The position numbers and the translations under genes were made by a program. This document shows positions 53,900 through 64,000 of a DNA stretch of 64,000 bases, piece by piece (within the stretch, counting starts at the first letter, position 1; the number at the start of each line of letters is the position of its first letter). The DNA lies in assembly GCF_006345805.1 (NCBI RefSeq), contig NC_043001.1:112096001-112160000 (forward strand). The letters run 5' to 3'. Source of the DNA: Octopus sinensis (Eukaryota). Under the pieces are notes generated by a model, which had not been told where the DNA came from, did not search any database, and was given only the letters and a program-made list of their open reading frames with translations.

Positions 53900-54366
53900 A
53901 TTGTCAGCACCTTAAACTTGAAAACATTACTAACAAAGGCAAAATTTGACCTTAGCAACAAAGACCAAACATTCACTGTATCTAAATGCAATGATAGCCG
54001 ATGTGGCACATGCCAATTCATACATACCGGCCAATATATAAACACAAAAACCGGGAAAATATTCACAAACGCGAATATGAACTGCAAAAGCAGAAATTTA
54101 ATTTACTGAATCAAATGCCCAAATTGTGAAGAAATATATGTAGGTCAGACGGGAAACGCACTATCAGAATGCTCACGTGTACACCGGCAACATATTAGAA
54201 ACCCAGAGGTCCGTCAGATACCTTTGAGTAACCACCTAGCAACATGTGGCTGGAAAATGTATATAATATTTCCGTTCTACAAATTACACAGCCCAAGTGA
54301 AATCGAGAGGAAAATCAGAGAAAAGAATTTTATTGATAAATTCGAACCCAAGCTAAATAAGCAATA
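53900..54366 (+). mobile_element. Penelope-like element 3' fragment, GIY-YIG endonuclease (pseudogenised)
   Basis: KCNDSRCGTC...NCKSRNLIY*IKCPNCEEIYVGQTG...RVHRQHI...EKNFIDKFEPKLN; one in-frame stop. Confidence 0.85.
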
Positions 54367-54444
54367 ATAATAATACTTAGAGGTACTACTTCTACTGCTA
54401 CGACCATGACCACTAACAACAACAACAATACTAAAGGTGATCAA

Positions 54445-54627
54445 GTAAGAGTGAGAGAAAGTTGTGGTGAAAGAGTACAGCAGGGATCACCACCATCCCC
54501 TGCCGGAGCCTCGTGGAGATTTTAGGTGTTTTCACTCAATAAACACTCACAACGCCCGGTCTGGGAATCGAAACCGCGATCCTACGACCGCTAGTCCGCT
54601 GCCCTAACCACTGGGCCATTGCACCTT
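54445..54627 (-). mobile_element. SINE family A, 5' half
   Basis: Homology to family A. Confidence 0.88.
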
Positions 54628-55113
54628 CACTTCGCACGCAGTATCACCATTAAAACAGCAGAAAAATTGGGTATTACAAGGCGGAAAAAGCTTGTTAACG
54701 AAGCCCTGGGAGACGAACCCATATCCCTCAGTTGACTGCTTTACCATGAAGCTAAACTGCCCACTTAATGCAAGGAATAAAAGAACAGGTATAAATATAT
54801 AAAATATATCTTCATGATAAACTAGATCTTCAAGAATGTAATAGCTTAGAGACAAAAAACCAACCAACCAAACAAACAAACTGTTAATAGGACACCGAAA
54901 TCACTTCTTCAAGGCTGGAAATAGATGAAGTGTATCTATATTTCATAGAAGCAGGACAGGGTCTGATACAAATAGGTAACAATTACAAATAAAATTATAG
55001 CAATGGGATTAGAAAAATGCCTAGGAGTAAACAAAGAGTAACTGATTGGTCCTCTGTGTGTGTGTATGATACATATACATATATATGTATTTATGTATAT
55101 GTATATGTGTATG

Positions 55114-55483
55114 TGGAGGCGCAATGGCCCAGTGGTTAGGGCAGCGGACTCGCGGTTTCGATTCCCAGACCGGGCGTTTGTGAGTGTTTATTGAGCGAAA
55201 ACACCTAAAGCTCCACGAGGCTCCGGCAGGGGATGGTGGTGATCCCTGCTGTACTCTTTCACCACAACTTTATCTCACTCTTACTTCCTGTTTCTGTTGT
55301 ACCTGTATTTCAAAGGGCCGGCCTTGTCACTCTCTGTGTCACGCTGAATATCCCCGAGAACTACGTTAAGGGTACACGTGTCTGTGGACTGCTCAGCCAC
55401 TTACACGTTAATTTCACGAGCAGGCTGTTCTGTTGATTCAGATCAACCGGAACCCTCGTCGTTGTAACCGACGGAGTGCTTCC
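55114..55483 (+). mobile_element. SINE family A, near full length
   Basis: TSD TATATGTGTATGT. Confidence 0.92.
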
Positions 55484-56559
55484 TACTATATGTGTATGTA
55501 TGTGTCTGTGCGTGTATGTCTGTGTCTGTGCTGTATGTCTGTGTCTGTGCGTGTATGTCTGTGTCTGTACGTGTATGTTTGTGTCTGTGCGTGTATGTAT
55601 GTGTCTGTGCGTGTATGTCTGTGTCTGTGTGAGTGTAATAAAAAAAATGTAGCAGCTAAAACGAATACACTGTCAAAAGAATTCAGATAAGACAATAGAC
55701 TTTATCATTTCTGACTGCCCAGTCACTTGCCGAGTCCGCGTATATATACAGAAGAGATCAAGTTGACAGTTTATTTCTACTGGGGTCTCTATGAGTAGTT
55801 CGAAGTGAAAACATATAAAAAGTGGTATAATCAATTACCAAATAGTGTGCATGATAACAACCTGGCCAAAATCATTTGGGCATACTTGTCCAGATTGATA
55901 AGGAGATATAGTCAATCTGCTCATATATAATTATCACAGGCGGGAATGAAGGAGTTTGTAGTCTAACGTAAATAATCTATATAGATTGCTCTTGATGTTA
56001 GTATCATTTTCCTTTACTTAGATAATTGTGGCTAGAAATTTCTTCTCTGCAGTTCAGATAGGATCTTATAACTTTAGCGCTGAATTTTCGAGCCAGTGTT
56101 AGCTTTGACATTACGCATACATTGTCTCTGTTGAGTTTATGTGGTTTTGGTGTGTTCTTTCTCTTCAATTCTTCTCTTTTCTCTTCAATTCTTTTCTTTT
56201 CTAAAAGTTTCCAAAATAGTTCTAGAAAAACTCGATGTGAAGTGAAAGCAATATTGATCGTCCAGCCAGATTATATTGTGGTTACGGTTTTTGTGTTCGT
56301 TTTTGTTCGCTAGAGTGGTTAGTTTGGACGTATTTCCCCCACTATTTCAGTTCTCTGTCGAGTAGTTTACAATTCTAGAGAATGCTTTCTTTTTATTGGA
56401 AGAGATAGATATCTGAAAATCAATATTGATCACAGGGTTCTTAGACACTTCCATGTCGGACAAAAATATTTGAGAAAATTTTGTTGTCAAAATTTGAAAG
56501 TTAGATATTGCTGTATGACTAATATGCGGAACATCCTTATAAGTAGTAACTGCTCAGAA

Positions 56560-56900
56560 TTATCAAACAAGCATCCAGCTAGGAAAAAAATTTCGCCTAT
56601 ATTTATCTGAATAATCTAGTCAACGTAAATAACGAGGGAGGTTTTTACAACTGTCAAAATACAGTGTTAAGTTTTTTGGACATTTCATACAAAAATGAAT
56701 CACTGAGTGTATGTCATCGAAAACATAAAACCCATAGATCCTATATCGGAGTGCATAAGAGCAGCTTCAGGAGAAGGTGTTTAAACCAGTAGTCCGGATC
56801 TAGATGTCGAGGAATAAGAAACAATACAATGTCATTAATCTCTGTATGCTCCTTGATAGATAAAAATGGCCACTTAAAACCACCTAGACTAAAATGAACA
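56560..56900 (+). mobile_element. Highly decayed Penelope-like GIY-YIG remnant
   Basis: Residual SYIG...SFRRRCLN...NNT motif. Confidence 0.35.
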
Positions 56901-56909
56901 GCAGCAATA

Positions 56910-57240
56910 GGAGGCGCAATGGCGCAATGGTTAGGGCACCGGACTCGCGCTCGGAGGATCGTAGCTTCGATTCCTAGAACGGGCGTTGTGATTGTTTATT
57001 TCGCGAAAACACCTAAAGCTCCACGAGGCTTCGGTAGGGGGTGGTACCGACCCCTGTTGTACTCTTTTGCTCCAACTTTCTCTCACTCTTTCTTCCAGTT
57101 TCTTGCCCCCGACTTCCTACGCAACCGCTGAGCCAGGATGCGCATTTAGCCATCCGTCGATGCTCGCGGTGTCGGGGGTTGACCTGCTTTCTCTTCTGCG
57201 GTTCTTACGAATAGCAAAGGACCACGTTTCGGACTTCTCC
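56910..57240 (+). mobile_element. SINE family A head with a second alternative 3' tail
   Basis: Diverged family A head at 56910-57100 followed by a GC-rich tail unlike the usual one. Confidence 0.75.
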
Positions 57241-57629
57241 CATCTTGCGTCAACAGCAACAGCAGCAATAAATACAACGTTTGTTCAAGTCTTTGTGGTC
57301 ACAAACTTAATAAGAAAATACATCATCCTTACTAAAATAGCATGAACCTTGATAGTAAAATCAGAACCGGTTTCTAAGTACCGTCACGAAAACAAGTATA
57401 TATTTTAAAGCGTCAACAGAGCTAAGGTGACACATTAAGCATAAACATCCGAAAACCTAAAAATTGTAGATTGCCATCCTCCATGCAACACAAACTGGAA
57501 GTCAACAATGCATTAAATAACACTGGTAAACTTCGACTGAGGGAAATTCCGACTCCACCCCGTTAGATCCACCGGTTAATAGTCCAACAATAGGAATATT
57601 AAACTCTGCTTTCGAGTGGTTATGCGTTA

Positions 57630-57975
57630 AGAAGTTTACCTCCAAATCACATGGTTCTGGGCTCAGTCCCACTGCGTGGCACTTCGGCCCGACCAAAGCC
57701 TTATGAGTGGATTCGGTTGACGGAAACTGAAAGAAGCCCGTCGTATATGTGTGTGTGCGTATGTGTTGTGTGTGTGTGTATGTGTATGCGTGTGTGTAGT
57801 CTTGTGTCTGTATTTGTACCCCACCCACCGCTTGACGACCGGTGCTCTTCCTGTAACTTAGCGGTTCGGCAAAAGTAACCGATAGAATAAGTACCAGACC
57901 ATTTTTTTTTTTTTTTTAAAAGTACATTGCTCCAGCATGGCCGCAGTCTAATGGTTGAAAAAATTAAGAGAAAAG
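57630..57975 (+). mobile_element. SINE family B, diverged
   Basis: Homology to family B. Confidence 0.8.
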
Positions 57976-58033
57976 AATATTGAAAGCTTAGTTTTGATAC
58001 TATGAGGTCTTGTAGTCCGTGTTACTTTATTGT

Positions 58034-58416
58034 GGAGGCGCAATGGCCCAGTGGTTAGGGCAGCGGATTCGCGGTCATAGGATCGCGGTTTCGATTCCCA
58101 GACCGGGCGTTGTGAGTCTTTATTGAGCGAAAACACCTAAAAGCTCCACGAGGCTCCGGCAGGGGATGGTGGTGATCCCTGCTGTACCCTTTCACCACAA
58201 CTTTCTCTCACTCTTACTTCCTGTTTCTGTTGTACCTGTATTTCAAGGGGCCGGCCTTGTCACTCTCTGTGTCACGCTGAATATCCCCGAGAACTACGTT
58301 AAGGGTACACGTGTCTGTGGAGTGCTCAGCCACTTACACATTAATTTCACGAGCAGGCTGTTCCGTTGATTCGGATCAACCGGAACCCTCGTCGTCGTAA
58401 CCGACGGAGTGCTTCC
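58034..58416 (+). mobile_element. SINE family A, full length
   Basis: TSD GTTACTTTATTGT. Confidence 0.93.
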
Positions 58417-58547
58417 TAGTTACTTTATTGTATTAGATTGTATTACAGTTGACGTAATCACATTTACCAACATAGAACTAACGAGAAATATACATACAAA
58501 AACCACGTGCGTGTGTATATATAAGAATGTAAATATATTGTATGTCA

Positions 58548-58933
58548 CTAGTTTCAGGCCTCTGATAGCGGCCATGCTTGGGCCCCCGCCTCCAAGGGTT
58601 TTAGTCGAACAAATCGACCTCAGGACTTTTGTCTTTTAAGCCTAGTGCTTATTCTATCGATCTGTTTAGCCAAGCCGCTAATATACGGGGCGTAAACACA
58701 CCAATATCGGTTGTCAGGTAGTGTGTGTGTGTGTGTGTAGGGAATAAACACACACACACAAACACACATATACGACGGCATTCTTTCAGTTTCCGTCTAC
58801 CAAATCCACTCAAAAGGTTTTGGTCGGCCTGAGGCTATGGTAGAGACCTACGCAACATACCACGCAGTGGGACTGAACCCGGAGCCATGTGGTTGGGAAG
58901 CAGGCTTCTTACTACGCAACCACGCCTTCGGCC
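58548..58933 (-). mobile_element. SINE family B, diverged
   Basis: Homology to family B. Confidence 0.82.
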
Positions 58934-58967
<34 letters not shown>

Positions 58968-59530
58968 ACATATAGGCATGCACACGTATGCACACACATA
59001 CACACACACACACACACATCAGGAAGGATACATGTACATACACATATAGACGTGTGAGTGTGTGCGTTTAAAGAATGGAAACGTAAGAATAACAATATCT
59101 GGCGGAAAATATATATTCGTTGAGATAAAAAGAGTAGAGAAGCAAATAAGAGAAAAAGAAAGTAATATTGATAGAAAGAGGAAGAAAGACAATAAGAAAT
59201 GGTGGACGGCGGTGGTGGGGGGGTTGAGAGGTTTAAGGAATTAGGGTGAAAAGAGAAGATATATAAAGGAATAATGTGCTGAACAAATGTAATATTTATG
59301 GAGCTGTGTCGTCTGCTTAACGTCACCATTCCATCGTCATTCTCTCAGAATAAACTTTGACGCCATGTCTAAGTGGGTGCTATTTATCCATAAAATAAGA
59401 CAATATGACTGGCTGTCTGTGGGACGGAGTTGTAGCGTGGCATGTCTATGCGGATATACAAATTGATATATGCATACATACACTCACATTGAATATTATA
59501 CTTATTTGTGTGTATGTATGTACATACATA

Positions 59531-59692
<162 letters not shown>

Positions 59693-59844
59693 TACATATA
59701 TATGCAGATATACAAGTAATCTTATACATTTGCAAAACCGAATAAATATATATTGTATATATGCATATTCCTGTGGATATGCATATATATACTTATATAC
59801 ATATGTATACACATACACATACACACACACGCATATACACACAT

Positions 59845-59886
<42 letters not shown>

Positions 59887-59895
59887 CCACTTTGT

Positions 59896-59931
<36 letters not shown>

Positions 59932-60389
59932 CTCACATAAGTATGCATACATATATGTGTGTATGTATGTAATTATATATGTTATTGTATATATAAATAT
60001 ACGGGGTATGTGCACGCGTGTGTATGTTTATATAAGTGTGTGTATATAATACACACACACACGCACACACACATATACTAATACAGACATACACTGTGAT
60101 ATATGAACACGTATTGCGTACGCGCAGATTTACGTTTGGTGTATTTAAATAAAACGGAGAAGACATTTGCCTTCTAGGTACTAAAAATTCGGAATGATCC
60201 CCCTCACCGCCAATTCACTCTTTCACCACCACCCCCCATTCAATCCATATAGATTTTAATAGCGTCCATGGACACTCCCTGAGGGGCTGAATGGAGAATA
60301 GAAGGCATGTGTCTAAAAACCGAATAAATATTAAAATTATCGAGATACGGTAAGATGGGTATTGGCAAAGGGAGTGGAATGGAGTGGAG

Positions 60390-60427
<38 letters not shown>

Positions 60428-60532
60428 TGAGAGGGAGAGAGAGAGAGTGAGGGATGGGAGAGGAAGGAAACAAAGGATGGAGATAGAGATAGTGATAAAG
60501 AGAGGGAAGAGAGAGCAAGAGAGAGAGAGAGG

Positions 60533-60563
<31 letters not shown>

Positions 60564-60700
60564 AAGGATTTTGTGTATGAGTGTGGCAATATATGAATGG
60601 ATGGATGAAGGAAAGCGTAAAGGAAGGAGATTACTAGAGGTGTGGAGGAGTTATTAATGCTTGTATATCTCAAGTGCACGCGCATATGTGTATGTATATG

Positions 60701-60735
<35 letters not shown>

Positions 60736-61013
60736 CTGAATATGATATATATATTTTTGCACATTGGCCCTTTCTTTCTTTCTTTCTTTCTATATATGTG
60801 TGTGTATGTGTGTGTGAGTGTGTGTGTATGTGTGTGTGTGTGTGTGTGCACGTGTGTATACATACGCACATGCAGGTGTTCATATATACATAGACACGTG
60901 TGTGTTTGTGTATATGACATTTGTAAACACATACGTAAGTCCATACGTGTACATGTATACATATATACTCACACACACACACAATCACACAGATACACAG
61001 ACATGCACACTTA

Positions 61014-61049
<36 letters not shown>

Positions 61050-61649
61050 TGTATGTATGTATGTATATGTATGCATTCATATATTTACACACAGAGGAAT
61101 ACCTAGACACACTCACACGTTTATATGTATACATATACATGAACACACACACTTATGATCAGAATGACAACCTCCGGCAGTAGCAGTTTGCAATCGTCAT
61201 TTGATTTCTTCGATTTATTTCTCCCACATAAGTTATACCTTTTCATTATGCATATTCTCTAAACAATACGCTTCCTTTTCGTTTTCCTTAAGATCCTCAC
61301 GTTTCATGTCCACCTGTTGAAAATAGGTGAACTTGTACCATTCAGTTTCACATCAATGTATCATTCCCGTGACATTAGAACAGAAGCGCAGATAACGTTC
61401 CTGGAAATTGATATGCTTTCGAAAATTTGGACGTTGTCAATAGGATGTAGCAGGTGTTAGTGCTATTACTTCTAAAGAGTAAAGAACACAATACATGTGT
61501 CAACTAAAGATATATTTGTGGAATTTGAAGGCTCAACTATCACACTGACTAAAAGTTTCACCTCGGTCGGGAAATCTTCAGGTGGAGGAATAACGCGGGA
61601 TGAAACCACTGAACACTATTATGAAATAATAAGCTATTATGTACGTTTA

Positions 61650-61945
61650 GAAGGCGCATGTCAGTGGTTTGAAGGTCGGGCTCTCAATCATGAGGTAGAG
61701 TTGTTCGATTCTTGGACAGGGCTGTGTGTTGAGTTCTTGAGTAAGGCACTATTTCACCTTGCTCCAGTTCACTCAGCTGTAGAAATGAGTTCCTGGTGCC
61801 AAACTGTATCGGCATTTACCTTGGTAGCGTGGAGAGAAGAGGCTGGAATGCAGGGCCGACTGATGGTCTTCCATAAACAACCTCGCCTGGACTTGTGCTC
61901 CGAAGAGGAACTTTCTCATGGTGATTCATGATCGAGGTGGGGGTC
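61650..61945 (+). mobile_element. SINE family D
   Basis: Homologous to 49300-49625. Confidence 0.7.
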
Positions 61946-62479
61946 ATTACGCTTAGTTAAACAGTAGCTGTGTTGGCTAGTAGTAAATATATAAAGCACT
62001 AATAACGGAATAAATATTTTGTTAGACGAAAAAAGGGAAGTTTAAAGTTTCGGAAATTAGACCTCTTCAGTGAAAGGTATAAGTCTTGATCGTTTCTTCG
62101 TGGCATATAATATATTTCACTGCCTGAACATTTTTACGCACGGATTTTTATTAAATTCAAATTCTTCTTAAAAAGAAGGTGTTTTCTAGCAAAGAAACAA
62201 AACGCCGCTGGAAATATTTTACAAACAACTACTAAAAGTTATGATTCTTGCTTTTATCTTATTTATTTGCTTCAATCCTTGAACTGCAGCAATGCTACGG
62301 TTTTCATATTTTAACTGTTCTACTTACAGATTGCATTTGCAGAGTATCTGTTAACTGGTTACTTTCTTTGCCTGATTGCCTGAAAAGCCCAGCTTTTCAA
62401 GTTTACGACGTAAACATTTAGTAGCATAGCTATGCATTATTGATTATATATATAATAAATGTGAATTTATAATCTATAA

Positions 62480-62900
62480 AAATAAGCTGTATGTTTCGAA
62501 ATAATTGTTCTCAAATATTCCCTTTCTCACTGACCGTGAAAGAAATGTTTACCTCTACAGGTCTGCCGAACTCTATAAAGACATAATTATTCTTTTCTTT
62601 CTCAAACACAAGATTGTTATGTTTGCACAAGTCGAAGTTTTGATAGGAATATTCAACCAATATTCCTTGTGCCGGTTCTCTGCATTTCTTTCAGAGCAGT
62701 CTTTCCTGCAGATTGAATTGTATATTGTTTCGCAACAACATCATGCCTCATTGAAAGGCAACACTTCAATGACAGTTATGGACAGCTGGTGATGACATAT
62801 GTTGTATCTTCCACAGAAATGTGACATAATCCGACATTTTCTGTGCCATTTGGACAGTTAAGTACTTCGCAGTCTCTTTTCTTCGTCGAGCATTTTGTTG
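62480..62900 (-). mobile_element. Decayed R4-like RLE fragment
   Basis: Minus strand LCHISVEDTTYVITSCP..MRHDVVAK; EYWLNIPIKT; KHN..VFIEFGRP. Confidence 0.6.
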
Positions 62901-63220
62901 TCATCTTTTGCACTTAAGTTACAAAAGTTATTTATATACTATTGAAAGTGTGACGTGATGAAACGGTCATAAGTTCAAGAAAAGCTACACATCGCATTAA
63001 TATTACGATTAACATTATGTTTGCGTGAAATATCCTTATGCATAAACATTTTTCTGGACGCAGAGTGTTTCCTTTCCAGTTACTTTTTAGTTATGATAAT
63101 TCTGCAGTTATGTGTCTGCACGTAAAGTCTACGTTTGTTCTGCTCTTATCTTTCGATTTGTTCTTATATAGTGTTTCTAGACTAGAAATAAGACTCTTTA
63201 ATCCGAATATAAAAATGATC

Positions 63221-63251
<31 letters not shown>

Positions 63252-63411
63252 TGTATGTATGTATGTATGTATGTATGTATGTATGTCTGTATGTATGTAT
63301 GTATGTATGTATGGGCGAAGTTTTTAGTATTTTTGAATCAATATATTGTTTATAAACACTTCTTTGTTATTGCTTTCCGTTGGTCAAATATGGTAACTAA
63401 GTATATTTGAG

Positions 63412-63823
63412 CATAGGAGTGGCTGTGTGGTAAGTAGCTTGCTTACCAACCACATGGTTCCGGATTCAGTCACATTGCGTGGCACCTTGGGCAAGTATCT
63501 TCTACTATAGCCTCGGGCCGACTAAAGCCTTGTGAGTGGATTTGGTGGACGGAAACTGAAAGTAGCCCGTCATATATATGTATATATATATATGTATGTG
63601 TGTGTATGCGTTTGTGTGTCTATGCTTGTCCCTCCAATATCGCTTGACAATCGTTGCTGGTGTGTTTACGTCACCGTAACTTAGCGTTTCGGCAAAAAGA
63701 GACCGATAGAATAAGGCTTCCACAGAATTAGTCCTGGGGTCGATTTGCTCGACTAAAGGCGGTGCTCCAGAATGACCGCAGTGAAATGACTGAAACAAGT
63801 AACATAGTAAAAGAGTAAAAGAG
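63412..63823 (+). mobile_element. SINE family B
   Basis: Homology to family B. Confidence 0.9.
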
Positions 63824-64000
63824 AGTGCTAGACTTTGAAATATCTACTATGGTCGATACGTTTGACTGAGTCACTTCAAGGCGATGCCCCAACACGCCCG
63901 CAGTTCAATGATGGATCCAAATAATACATAGAAGTTAATATATATGTGAGCGTATGTGTGTGGGGGAGTGAATTAATAAGACACCATTCTATCCTAGACA

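Noticed and set aside
62040-62076. Minus-strand CTGAAGA-GG...CC-GAAAC motif
   Set aside because: Only a 2-bp stem II and no clear stem I.

Overview
Repeat-saturated, AT-rich eukaryotic genomic DNA, probably intergenic or intronic. The SINE families and the very high (TA)n/(CA)n/(TAA)n content suggest a coleoid cephalopod, probably Octopus (inference). No host protein-coding gene can be confidently called; almost all long ORFs in the track are microsatellite or SINE translations. The window holds >30 tRNA-derived SINE copies from at least four families, decayed R4/Dong-like, L1/Tx1-like and Penelope-like (PLE) retroelements, mariner remnants and a MITE, a probable Helentron-type element and a 100-N gap. 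The main find is a ~1.75-kb tandem array (39292-41035) of a 472-475-bp non-coding unit. Each unit carries a type I hammerhead ribozyme (HHR) within a highly structured, G-U-rich RNA fold, which makes the array a candidate retrozyme or circular-RNA-producing locus. At least eight other unrelated HHR or HHR-like motif families, intact or decayed, are scattered through the window. Several lie in small fold-back, PLE pseudo-LTR (pLTR)-like elements inserted in (TA)n.
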